From: Octopus bimaculoides | Lineage: Eukaryota | Reading direction: 5' to 3' | Assembly: GCF_001194135.2 (NCBI RefSeq) | Contig: NC_068984.1 | Span: forward strand, 106,569,625 to 106,633,624 | Length of the DNA: 64,000 nucleotides | Shown: positions 37,280-49,448 of the stretch, piece after piece | How the letters are laid out: every line of letters starts with the position of its first letter | Position numbering within the stretch: the first letter of the stretch is position 1 | The notes under the pieces: generated by a model | Databases searched by the model: none | What the model saw: only the letters and a program-made list of their open reading frames with translations | Told to the model about the DNA's origin: nothing | Program-made: the position numbers and the translations under genes

Positions 37280-37781
37280 AGTGTGTGAGAAAGAGAAAGA
37301 TAAAGAGAGAGGGAGAGAGAGATAAAGAGATAGAAAGACGGCGATAGATAGATAAATAGATAGGTAGATAGAAAGGGAAAGGAAGAGAGAGAAAGCGAAT
37401 GAAAGAGGATGTGCGTACTTGCATGTCTCCTTGTGTGTGTAGTTAGGGATTCTGTGGGAAGTGTGAATGGTTAAAACCTTATTCATTTATTCCATGGTTA
37501 GTGTGTATTTTATAGTATGTGACATATGCACAGTGATAACAATAACGATAGCCTCGTCACCACAACCACCAATAGCATTTCATAAATGTGTTAAGTGCAC
37601 TTTTCTTTCGTTTGTCCTCTCACTCGTATACATACACACATACTGGTCGTCTACTGGTGATCGAGGAAAACCATTACTGACCATTAAGAACATGCACATA
37701 CATACATACATACATACATACATGCATAGATACATATCTAAATACATACATATATATATACACACACAAACACACAAACAT

Positions 37782-37830
<49 letters not shown>

Positions 37831-38050
37831 CACATATATATATACATATACATATATATACACATAGGCACACATTTTTGGTTGGTTTCATTCCAAAGGA
37901 ATTTCCTGTTTTTCCACATAAAACTATTGGTGGTACTGTTAATCCACGAATAAAGAATATTTATCCACCAGATATAAGTGTTGAGTACTGGGTGTGTGTG
38001 CGTTGTGTTTGCATGTATGTGTATATATATATATATATATACATACAAAT
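37280..38050. repeat. Compound (GA)/(GATA)/(CATA)/(CA)/(TA) microsatellite tracts
   Basis: Direct reading; source of the HT and CV dipeptide ORFs. Confidence 0.85.
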
Positions 38051-38503
38051 ATATATGATTTTTTTAATATTTGCATATTATTTTTAAAATAATACAAATA
38101 ATATAAATGTTTGTGTCTATAACATCTTATTCTCAAATTCGTTCGATAGTTTCTCAGTCAATCGTTCAAAGAATAAAATTAATAATGCGTGTATAATAAG
38201 CTATAACTTTAGTTTTTTTTCTTCCTTAATTGAAGCGCTACATATGTAGACTATAGCAGTGTAGTAGAATAATTATATGTCATGGCGCACTTTACACCTA
38301 GAGAATTGATCCGTTGTGCATCATGCTCCAAAATTATATAGAAAAGTTCTCAATTTGCGATATTTGTGATAAGCAATAACATCGAGTAATTCACACATAA
38401 AATGAACAGACAAATTATCGCCTAAAAGTAAGCAAAAAAAAAAGACAGAGAGAGAGAGAGACAGAGAGGGGGATAGAAAGAAAGATAGAAATGGAAAAGG
38501 AAA

Positions 38504-38540
38504 AGTGATACAAGTGTACAGTTTGTACACTTGTATCACT
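38504..38540. repeat. Perfect 17-bp hairpin with 3-nt loop
   Basis: agtgatacaagtgtaca-gtt-tgtacacttgtatcact. Confidence 0.95.
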
Positions 38541-38977
38541 AAATTATTACTAAATACAAAATATTTATTTCGTATATAGTAATAATAGTATTAAAAATAA
38601 AATTCGAAAACGTCTGATGCATTTATGATAATTCAATTATGTTGTTTTTTTTAAATAGGTGCAAGTTGTAGTGATTCATGCATTGTTTTTATTCACAAGT
38701 ATTTCTTATGATATATAGAAAAATAAAGAAAATACAAATTTTATTAATGCAAATTTCCTAAAAGCGTAACCTATAAAAACCTTATAGATTTCCCATATAT
38801 TTATAGTTCATGTAACTTGCCTTATAAACATACGTTCTCAAATTAACAAATAAAATTGCCAGAAAGCACTGATACACGTGACTGCATATTTGAACATACA
38901 TATCATCGGATGACGAATCTGATCCAGTTAATTGCATCTAACACTATTATTCTCCTTCTCTTGTTCACTGTCCATAG

Positions 38978-39595
38978 GCAAGAAAATAAATTTTCACGTG
39001 CGAACAAGGGAGAATTACGAAATCCTTCGACTTCAAGAAGATAGCTGCTAAATCTCTCTTTCAAATCAAATCTCATCCTCTTAAACAGAGTAAGAAAAAT
39101 AAAGGTTAAAAGCTAATGACTAGAATACGTTTGTTCGTAGCTAGTCTCAAGAGTTGACATGATGTGGAAAATCAATCATGTACACTTTCATCGTCAAGAC
39201 ATTGCGGTCGCTGTAGTTACTAAAATATACGAAGCCGCACCCACTTCTATTGAAACATTGATCAACAAAAAAGTCATTCACTGAACTATAATTTCCTTGA
39301 CAGCCCTAAAAAGACTGGATACTCATGACTAGATCACTTTAATCATAGATTTTGCTCAATCTAACTTAATAGAAGCAAAGACAAGTAACAACTTTTTCGA
39401 AATTTCAATAAGGTAAATAATATATTATTATGGTTTAGCTGTAGTTTTATTTATCATAAAATGCTTCATTGATGACTATCCCAATGTAGTCACTCCTTTT
39501 ACTTTTATTTAGAACAATTGATTGCAGCTGAAGGGAAAATCGTCTGCTATTACTTGCACCTGAACAACCACATAGAGAATTACTTGCTGGTCAAG
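38978..39595 (+). pseudogene. Candidate three-exon segment (38978-39089, 39304-39412, 39513-39595) with one stop per exon
   Basis: Pyrimidine-rich AG acceptors and gtaaga, gtaaat and gtatc donors; introns of 214 and 100 nt. One frame links all three exons with stops at 38987, 39330 and 39529. Confidence 0.3.
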
Positions 39596-39901
39596 GTATC
39601 TTCTTTAATAGTTAAATCTTAACACAGTAAACAGTTGAAATATTGATTTAAAATTTGGGGACAAGGTCTCAATTTCGTGGGGAGGAATAAGTCAAACCCA
39701 GTGATTAACTGATATTTATTTTGTCGCCTCCAAAAGACTGAAAGACTGGTGCACCAGTATGTCTGCTGTCAAATGACTGAAACAAGTAAAAGAGAGAAGA
39801 TATATATATATATCCTTCTCGATATGGACGTACTGCCAGAACTTCCATGTCAAGCAGGACATAATGATTGCCGTATGGTATTAATACTCTTTCTGCCACA
39901 T

Positions 39902-40110
39902 GGCGGCGAACTGGCAGAAACGTTAGTACGCCGGGCGAAATGCTTAGCGGTATTTCGTCTGTCTTTACGTTCTGAGTGCAAATTCTGCCGAAGTCGATTT
40001 TGTCTTTCATCTTTTCGGAGTCGATAAATTAAGTATCAATTGCGTACTGGGGTTGATCTAATCGACTGGTCCATCCCCAAAAATTTCGGGCGTTGTGCCT
40101 AGACTAGAAA
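39902..40110 (+). mobile_element. SINE family B (well preserved)
   Basis: ggcggcgaactggcagaaacgttag..tgagtgcaaattc (tRNA-like A/B boxes) ..ttgtgcctagactagaaa. Confidence 0.92.
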
Positions 40111-40331
40111 ATAATAATGNNNNNNNNNNNNNNNNNNNAATTTTATACATGCTGCCTTCTCAGTTTTTTGGCGTTTCTTCTCTTATTCAAATATTTTTTA
40201 GTTCGTTATATATTGTTTGTGCCTGATGAATGTTTGAGATATTTCTCAACGTATGAAACTATTAATAATTCTTAAAGGACATGTATTGTATAGTTTAAAG
40301 AAATAATATATACATATATATACACACACAC

Positions 40332-40386
<55 letters not shown>

Positions 40387-40539
40387 TATATTGACTCTCT
40401 TCGTTAACCTTCGAGATGAGAGTTTCACAATTTCTTGCTGAACAAACACACAATTAATTTGTTTATAGGGACCAAATGTTTGTGTTGCACATAAGACCAC
40501 ACGTTCCATAAAAGTGACAGTGCTCGAAAATGTGCACAA

Positions 40540-40678
40540 ATGTGTCACACGTCGAAATGAACGCAGAACAACGTGAAATATAGTATTTTGCTCATAAAGG
40601 CACCACGCAACATCCGGGCTTGGAAGCGAACCATGATCATATGTGCAGCACCTTAACCAATAGGTCACGCGCCTTCAC
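40540..40678 (-). mobile_element. SINE family D head
   Basis: Minus strand gaaggcgcgtgacctattggttaaggtgctgc..ggttcgcttcc..gagcaaaatactatatttcacgttg; tRNA-like. Confidence 0.55.
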
Positions 40679-41035
40679 TTCAATAGATGTCTGTGTTGTT
40701 TAATATGTAGCATTTCTTTGAAATGCTTGTCGTGATTTTAAGTAATAAGTAAATTCAGCTAACTTATGAAGCTACGCAAACTTTTTCCGTAATAATATGT
40801 GCAAATAGTCTCTATTTAATGTAAAGTTAATCAGAATGATGCAAAAACATAATTTAGCCTCATAATTCAGTCACTATTAAGTCATACAACATCGACTCGA
40901 TAATTGATTGCAGCGCAAATCGAAGTCAAATAATACCAGCGTAAACAATATTAATAATGATAAAATCATTATTTGAACAATTCACACTGAATCCAATGTA
41001 TATATATATATATATATACAGATCGGTCGCTATCG

Positions 41036-41066
41036 GACGCCGACGAAGGGAAATAACCCTGAAACC
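41036..41066 (+). ncRNA. Partial hammerhead-like motif truncated by an N-gap
   Basis: gacg-CCGACGA-AGGG-aaataa-CCCT-GAAA-cc then N. Confidence 0.4.
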
Positions 41067-42360
41067 NNNNNNNNNNNNNNNNNNNNNNNNNNNNNNNNNN
41101 NNNNNNNNNNNNNNNNNNNNNNNNNNNNNNNNNNNNNNNNNNNNNNNNNNNNNNNNNNNNNNNNNNNNNNNNNNNNNNNNNNNNNNNNNNNNNNNNNNNN
41201 NNNNNNNNNNNNNNNNNNNNNNNNNNNNNNNNNNNNNNNNNNNNNNNNNNNNNNNNNNNNNNNNNNNNNNNNNNNNNNNNNNNNNNNNNNNNNNNNNNNN
41301 NNNNNNNNNNNNNNNNNNNNNNNNNNNNNNNNNNNNNNNNNNNNNNNNNNNNNNNNNNNNNNNNNNNNNNNNNNNNNNNNNNNNNNNNNNNNNNNNNNNN
41401 NNNNNNNNNNNNNNNNNNNNNNNNNNNNNNNNNNNNNNNNNNNNNNNNNNNNNNNNNNNNNNNNNNNNNNNNNNNNNNNNNNNNNNNNNNNNNNNNNNNN
41501 NNNNNNNNNNNNNNNNNNNNNNNNNNNNNNNNNNNNNNNNNNNNNNNNNNNNNNNNNNNNNNNNNNNNNNNNNNNNNNNNNNNNNNNNNNNNNNNNNNNN
41601 NNNNNNNNNNNNNNNNNNNNNNNNNNNNNNNNNNNNNNNNNNNNNNNNNNNNNNNNNNNNNNNNNNNNNNNNNNNNNNNNNNNNNNNNNNNNNNNNNNNN
41701 NNNNNNNNNNNNNNNNNNNNNNNNNNNNNNNNNNNNNNNNNNNNNNNNNNNNNNNNNNNNNNNNNNNNNNNNNNNNNNNNNNNNNNNNNNNNNNNNNNNN
41801 NNNNCGTATGTTTATATAACAATAGGACCCAAGTGAAACAGGTTTACTTGCATTCGAAAGAGATGCAAAACTACAGCGTTCTCTTTGATCCGCTTAATAA
41901 AAAACTTCAACTTGAATATATAACGTTTATTGGTACACACACATATATGGATGTATATTTATATTATATATGTATATGATTATACGTACATATGTAAGTA
42001 CATATATATATATAATATACATACATATACATATATATATATATGTGTGTATATATGTGTGTGTAGATGTGTGTGTAGATGTGTGTGTATGTATGCATTT
42101 CAATACGTGTATGTGTGCGCACGTAAAGGCATACATAGATGTGCATGTGTATGGTGAGATCTTTGCGCGCATGCATGTGTGTTCATGTAAGTACGTGAGT
42201 GTGTGTGCATGCGTTGTCACGTGGATGTGTGTGCGTGCGTGTGTGTGCGTATGTGAGTGCGTGCGTGTGTGTGCGTATGTAAGTGTGTGTGTCACAGGTG
42301 AAGTTAAACCTTCGTATAGACGTATACTTGATTGAATCAAGGTTGTTCGCATGCGTTGCA

Positions 42361-42767
42361 ATTTGATAAGATGCTTGCTTCCCGGTTACATGGTTCCGGG
42401 TTCAATCCCATTGCGTGGGACTTTGGGCAAGTGTCTTCTACTATAGCCTCGGGCCGACCAAAGCCTTGTGAGTGGATTTGGTAGACGGAAACTGAAAGAA
42501 GCCCGTCGTATATATGTATATATGCATATATATGTTTGTGTGTGTATATGTTTGTGTGTCTGTGCTTGTCCCCCAACGTCGCTTGACAACCGATGCTGGT
42601 GTGTTACGTCCCCGTAACTTAGCGGTTCGGCAAAAGAGACCGATAGCATAAGTACTAGGCTTACAAAGAATAAGTTCTGGGGTCAATTTGGTCGACTAAA
42701 GGTGGTGCTCCAGCCTGGGCGCAGTCAAATGACTGAAACAAGTATAAGAGTAAAAGAGTAAAGAGAG
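42361..42767 (+). mobile_element. SINE family A, near full length with internal (TA/TG) microsatellite
   Basis: Head, CORE-like segment, ggaaactgaaagaagcccgtcg, microsatellite, then the 3' half ending gcagtcaaatgactgaaacaagta(aaagag)n. Confidence 0.9.
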
Positions 42768-42773
42768 TATATA

Positions 42774-42804
<31 letters not shown>

Positions 42805-42809
<5 letters not shown>

Positions 42810-43010
42810 TGTGTGTCTTTGTGTCTGTGATTGTCCCCCTCCACGGCTTGACAACCGCTGTTGGTGTGTTTACGACCCCGTAAGACCGATGGAATAACTA
42901 CAATGCGTGAAAAAGAAAATTAATCCTGGGATCGATTTGTTCGACTAAAACCTTTCAAAGTGATGCCCCAGTATGGCCGCAGTCAAATGACTAAAACAAG
43001 TAAAAGATGA
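42805..43010 (+). mobile_element. SINE family A 3' half
   Basis: Aligns with 42555-42760. Confidence 0.8.
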
Positions 43011-43106
43011 AAGATATACACAAACATGAGTATATGTGTAGATATTAATGTCTCTCTTGCTCTCTCTCTCTCTCTTTCTGTCTCTCTCTCTTTCTCTGTA
43101 TTCGTA

Positions 43107-43185
<79 letters not shown>

Positions 43186-43675
43186 GTGTGTGTGTTTGTT
43201 TGCGTGTACATATGTTTCTGATGGTGATAGACGAGGTGTGGTTGCTATTTTTAGCAATGCAACCGACCGATTCGACTCTGTCATTGGCGGATGTATATAA
43301 ACGTGTGCATGTATATACATGTCTGTGCCTGTCTGTGTGTGAGTATGTGAGCGTGTGTGAATATTTTACTATGTATGTCAGTGTCTGCGCGTACGTGGAT
43401 CCGTGTGTACGTCATCGTCTGAGCGTGTGTAGCCGAAACTTGTTTGTCTGCATGTGAGCGTGTGGTGTGAATGCGTATGCGATTATGTGTGTGTGTATGT
43501 GTGTGAGTTGGTATGTGAGTGTGTGAAGGATGAACATTACATGCAATTTCAATATGAATGAAAGAAAATGCTCTATCTTTTCATATTTAAGCACTCACAC
43601 ATACGCACACACGTACACACACACACACACACACACACGAGAATACATTAACACATACAAAGCTCTTACACCAGA

Positions 43676-43764
43676 ATGTTGCTGACAGTGACTTCGAAGT
43701 TTCGGCCAACTAACCCATCGTCGGATTGTGACAGCTGAAACTTAGAAGTCACTATCAACAACAT
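43676..43764 (-). ncRNA. 89-nt hairpin containing a degenerate hammerhead motif (family 2)
   Basis: 31-bp arms with 4 differences. Minus strand caat-CCGACGA-tgggttagttggcc-GAAA-CTTCGAAG-TC/actgtc; palindromic stem III ACTTCGAAGT. Confidence 0.5.
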
Positions 43765-43874
43765 CTTTAAGAATTATAAATTTGTACTCTACAGAAGTAC
43801 AGATTAACGCAGATTAATGTAAAATTGCTTTTAATATAACTGAACATAAATGAAAACATTAATATATATACATA

Positions 43875-43953
43875 TAGGTTCAGCCCCACTTCGTTGAACC
43901 TTGTGAATGGATTTGATAGACGGAAACTGAAAGAAGCTCGTCGTATATAAATC

Positions 43954-43989
<36 letters not shown>

Positions 43990-44200
43990 GATGTGTGTGT
44001 GTTTGTATTTTTGTGTCTGTGTTTGTCTCCCCATCACCAATTGACAACCAGTGTCGATATGCTTGCGTCGTCGTACAATAGCAGTTCGGCAAAACGGACT
44101 GACAGAATAAGCGCCAGACTTAGAAAATAAGGTTGATTCATTCAACTGTAATTTTCAAAGCGGTACCTCGGCATGGCCGCAGCCTAATGAATGAAACAAA
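43875..44200 (+). mobile_element. SINE family A (diverged, internally deleted head)
   Basis: ccttgtgaatggatttgatagacggaaactgaaagaagctcgtcg..ttgacaacc..catggccgcag. Confidence 0.75.
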
Positions 44201-44256
44201 AAAAAAAAAAAAGATATATATATGTGTGTGTGTGTATATATAAGTATGTATGCATG

Positions 44257-44307
<51 letters not shown>

Positions 44308-44322
44308 ATACACACACACACA

Positions 44323-44379
<57 letters not shown>

Positions 44380-44834
44380 GTAGATAGAGAGAGAGAAAGT
44401 GAGAGAGAGAGATGTACAATGGGTTCGGTGCTTATGGTAAGGATACTAAATGGGGTGGTAATGTTGCTGGTAGAGGTGGTATTGGAAAGGATGCTGGTGC
44501 TGGTGGTGGGGGTCGTGGTTGGGTGTCGTGACAGTAGTAGTGATCTGTAGTTTTTTCAGTGGTATTTTTCTTTGGTTTATGATCAGTGTTGCCATCCTCA
44601 TCACTACCGGGCACCACACACAGTTTCATACGCGCGCGCATGCATATGCATGTGTATATATGTACACACACACATGAGTTTATATAGAGATATGTATGCG
44701 TGTGTGCGCGGACGTGCGAGTACATGTTTGTGTGTATGTGTGTGTGTGAGTGTGTGTGCGTGAGCGTGTGTGTGTGTGCGGGCGCGCTTTCATATGCTTA
44801 TAAATATTTATAAAAATATATGTATATGAATATG

Positions 44835-44985
44835 TCCCCATAACTTAGAGGATCAACAAAAGAAATTGATAGAATAAGTAAGTACAAGGCTTACAAAGAA
44901 TAAGACCTGGGGTCGATTTCTTGAACTAAAAGGCGGTGCTCCAACATGGCCGCAGTCAAATGACTGAAACAAGTAAAAGAATTAA
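44835..44985 (+). mobile_element. SINE family A 3' fragment
   Basis: gcttacaaagaataagacctggggtcgat..ggcggtgctccaacatggccgcagtcaaatgactgaaacaagta. Confidence 0.8.
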
Positions 44986-45140
44986 AGTATGTGTGTGTGT
45001 GTGCGCGCGCGCGCGCGCGTGCATGTGCTTGCGTGTGTGTGTGTGTGTGTCTGTTCGTCTTACAGCCTGACGTTAAACTAAAAGATTTCTCATTGCATTT
45101 TTATTAGAGTAGATGTTTATTAACTTTGAGAAGGTTACGG

Positions 45141-45188
45141 TTGATAGTAATTTCGAAGTTTCGACTTGTTCTCTTTCCTCAGACTGTT
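45141..45188 (-). ncRNA. Degenerate hammerhead-like motif (family 2)
   Basis: Minus strand aacagt-CTGAGGA-aagagaacaagtc-GAAA-CTTCGAAA-TT/actatc; homologous to the arms at 43676-43764. Confidence 0.4.
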
Positions 45189-46087
45189 TATTCACACACA
45201 CAGATACACAAACACACACACCACATACGCACACATATACGCGCACGCACACTCTCTCGCACACGCATACATATGTTCCGCTCACAAGCATATGAATGTA
45301 TGCAACGTAAGCATGTATAACCCGCGTATTAATATAAACGATGAGAAAATATTCGCTATAAAACTGAAGTCTAATGTATAGATAGGGTAGCTGTGATACG
45401 AAACTACATGTCTCCAGTTACCCTGTTTGGCCGTTGGATCTGTACTATAACAACTTTTATCTTCCCTATGGAGTTGTTCATTTGTCATACCCCACCCCGT
45501 TCCTCCTCAGCCTTATCTCAACCACTGTTCTCAGTTACGATTTTATCTAAATACAACAGATATCGACTGTTCAGTAGTTCTCACTACACTTTATTCAACA
45601 CAGACCATAAAAAGATAACTTTTGTTGTTAAACACCCCTGTACACAACCACGAGAGCATGCATAGATATTCACGAGACGAAATACGCAAAACGCATCACA
45701 CAAACGCATGCAAACAAGCATGCACATAGACACATACACGCGCATATACGCGTACGGAAAGATATGACAAATATAATCGCATATAAAATCACTGATTAAC
45801 ACATTGTTTAAAACGTAAATATTCGCACTTATATATAGGAATACAGTAGTAATGAATCTGTACACATTTACACACGAACATAAGCACACACGCACGCATA
45901 TATATAACACACACGCACACATATATATAACACACACGCATACACTCACATATATATGCATGTGTGTCTGTGTGTGTGTATATATATATCATACAAATAA
46001 TATGTGAGTGTATGGATATATACGTACATGTATGTACATACCTACATCTACATGTATATATAGATGCATATCTGGGTACAGGACGTC

Positions 46088-46126
<39 letters not shown>

Positions 46127-46203
46127 TTATATTCATATTCATATATATGTATTTATATATATGCACGCAAATGTACATATACGCATTATTTAAATATGTA
46201 TAT

Positions 46204-46284
<81 letters not shown>

Positions 46285-46947
46285 CACGTAAGCATACCTA
46301 TATAGATCCTGCATATATACATGCACACACATACACACACACACACACACACATATCAATATATGACTTTGTATTATGTATATACTCAACGATATCTATA
46401 ATTACATGCATCCGTATGTTTGTAAAATGTTTACTTACATACATATGTTCATGTTATAACTATACGATTAAGATAATCGTATACATTCGTACATTCGTAC
46501 ATTCGTACATTCGTATATGATTATAAAAATCTGCACATATTTCATAACTTCTCTTCAGAATTTTATGAAGTTTTGTAATTCTTAAACATGTAACATTATG
46601 CACAACGCAATCCGTATGTCATACATATATACATATTTTGTGATACATATAAAAACAAACACAAGCGCAAGCATATATTTATATAACTGTAAAATAATTT
46701 TCCAAATATAAAGGTAAATTTCATTTAAAATATCTGTAGTGTACTTTTATTTATGGAACGTGAGTTAGGAGACCCTGTCAAGATAGACCAAAGCAAGCAA
46801 ATCACAAACTAAGTGAATAACTAAATATGGAATGAGAAACAAACTTTATACTTCATCTCCCGGAAAAATTGTTTAGTTGAACGTAATATACTCGGAATTG
46901 AAATTTAAGTAAGTTTTTTGCGTGCTTGCGTATGTGTTTGTGCGTGC

Positions 46948-47038
<91 letters not shown>

Positions 47039-47430
47039 TATGTGTATGTCTGTGTGGGGTGTGTGTGTGTGCGAGTTTGAGTGTGTCGGTCAGAGAATGT
47101 GTCCGTGTGTATGTCTATGCATATGTGTGTGCGTATGTATGGGAGAGCATGTATCAGAGCGAAGATAAACATGAATATATGTGAAAAGCATTGTAAATTA
47201 AAAATTAAGCTGTAATATTATTCGAACCCTTTGAAATACGCACACATACACACACGCACGCGCACGCACACACACGCGCACGCACACACACGCACGCACA
47301 TGCACACGCAGCCCCCCACACACATATATAGGAATATACATTACATATATATTCATATTCATACAAATATTTGTGTGCGTGTGTATGTATATAAATAAAT
47401 ATATATATACATACATACATATACATATAT

Positions 47431-47469
<39 letters not shown>

Positions 47470-48429
47470 CGGGTTGGTCAAAATATTTTTGTAACATATT
47501 NNNNNNNNNNNNNNNNNNNNNNNNNNNNNNNNNNNNNNNNNNNNNNNNNNNNNNNNNNNNNNNNNNNNNNNNNNNNNNNNNNNNNNNNNNNNNNNNNNNN
47601 NNNNNNNNNNNNNNNNNNNNNNNNNNNNNNNNNNNNNNNNNNNNNNNNNNNNNNNNNNNNNNNNNNNNNNNNNNNNNNNNNNNNNNNNNNNNNNNNNNNN
47701 NNNNNNNNNNNNNNNNNNNNNNNNNNNNNNNNNNNNNNNNNNNNNNNNNNNNNNNNNNNNNNNNNNNNNNNNNNNNNNNNNNNNNNNNNNNNNNNNNNNN
47801 NNNNNNNNNNNNNNNNNNNNNNNNNNNNNNNNNNNNNNNNNNNNNNNNNNNNNNNNNNNNNNNNNNNNNNNNNNNNNNNNNNNNNNNNNNNNNNNNNNNN
47901 NNNNNNNNNNNNNNNNNNNNNNNNNNNNNNNNNNNNNNNNNNNNNNNNNNNNNNNNNNNNNNNNNNNNNNNNNNNNNNNNNNNNNNNNNNNNNNNNNNNN
48001 NNNNNNNNNNNNNNNNNNNNNNNNNNAAATAAAGTTTTATCTCTGCATTGCAAGCGAAGCATGAATATATATATATATATATATATAAAATAATAACATC
48101 AGCCAAAAACAATAAATATTATAAAATTAAATAAATTGAACTTTTAAAATACATAATTCATACTGTTGGTAAAAGAATCATGATCTATATATTTAATTAC
48201 GTGTATTAATTATAAAAATAAGTTTAAGCTTACTCATGACATGATTAATTCGCATAAAAATAAATAGACAAATAAAACGTTATGATAATTGATCGCTTTG
48301 TAAAAGTGAAAGTAAACATAGTATGTAAAAGTAAATAAGAAACCTGCGCAAGCTTTTCAGAATCTTCACTGGTGATATAAATAAGTGTATTTGTCGTAAC
48401 AGTAGTGCTGTTCTTCTCTGGCAGAAGCA

Positions 48430-49130
48430 AGCGAAATGGAAGCGCCGAAGACACAGCGAACGTCAGTAGCAGCAACAGCAGCAAAAGTAATGGCGGCAAC
48501 AGAAGCAGCAGCAATGGAAGCAGCAAGTGGAGATAAAATAAATGAATGAATGAATGAATGAATGAATAAATACATAAATAAATAAATAAATGAATGAACA
48601 TCGACGGAGACGACGATGATGAGAAAAAGAAAGATGATGATTATGGTGACACAGGCGATTGCCGCCGCCGCCGCCGCCACCACCACCACCACCACCAAAT
48701 CACACCACCACCACCAACAAATCCCACCACCACCACCACCAGCACCACTACGACCATGAACGTTCATGACGATGACTGTAATGAGAAGTTGTTGATGATG
48801 ATGATGATGACGATGATGATGGTGGGGATGGCGACGACGATCATGATACTGACAATGAGGGTGCTGATGATAGTTATGCTAATGATAATTATGATGATGA
48901 TGGTGATGATCTTGATGATGATGATGTTGGCGAGGACGATGGTAATGATACTGAAAATGAGGAAGCTCATGATTGTTATGCTAATGATATTTATAATGAT
49001 GATGATGATGATGATAATTAGAAATCTTGAAAAATAATACAATTGAAACAAACTCATTAATATCGTCGTCATTGTCGTCGTCGCCGTCATTATCATAATG
49101 ATGATCATCATCATCATCAGCAGTATTACT
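48430..49130. repeat. Mosaic of tri- and tetranucleotide repeats (GCA, AATG, GCC, CAC, GAT)
   Basis: Direct reading. Confidence 0.9.
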
Positions 49131-49137
49131 ATTATGA

Positions 49138-49344
49138 AAGCGGCCAGCTGGTAGAATGGTTACCACGCCAGGCGAAATGTTTAACGGTATTTCGTCTTCC
49201 GCTGTGTTCTGAGTTCAAATTCTACCGAGTTGACTTTGCATTTCATCCTTTAGTAGTCGATAAAGTAGCAGTCAAGTACTGGGGTCGATGTAATCGACTG
49301 TCACCCTCCCACAAATTCCAGGCGTTGTGCCTTTAGTGGAAAGG
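49138..49344 (+). mobile_element. SINE family B with (ATT)n tail
   Basis: Match to family B. Confidence 0.88.
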
Positions 49345-49363
49345 ATTATTATTATTATTATTA

Positions 49364-49411
49364 TTCAGTAGTTTTATTTTTATAACGTGCTTTCACTTCA
49401 CTACCGAGCGC
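49364..49411 (-). mobile_element. 48-bp R4/Dong 3' terminus inserted in (ATT)n
   Basis: Reverse complement is identical to 18669-18716. Confidence 0.92.

Positions 49412-49448
<37 letters not shown>

Larger units (their letters stand above)
41930..47470. repeat. Dense dinucleotide (CA/TG, TA) microsatellite field with embedded SINE A pieces
   Basis: Direct reading; includes an (acattcgt)x4 minisatellite at about 46482-46514. Confidence 0.9.

Noticed and set aside
39520-39531. TGC-AGC-TGA (C-S-U) as a selenocysteine motif
   Set aside because: The linked exons also contain TAA and TAG, no selenoprotein fold is recognisable and no SECIS was identified.
40218-40280. CTGATGA-stem-GAAAC-TATTAATAAT hammerhead-like string
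   Set aside because: Stem II and a near-palindromic stem III are plausible, but stem I cannot pair; at best a dead relic.
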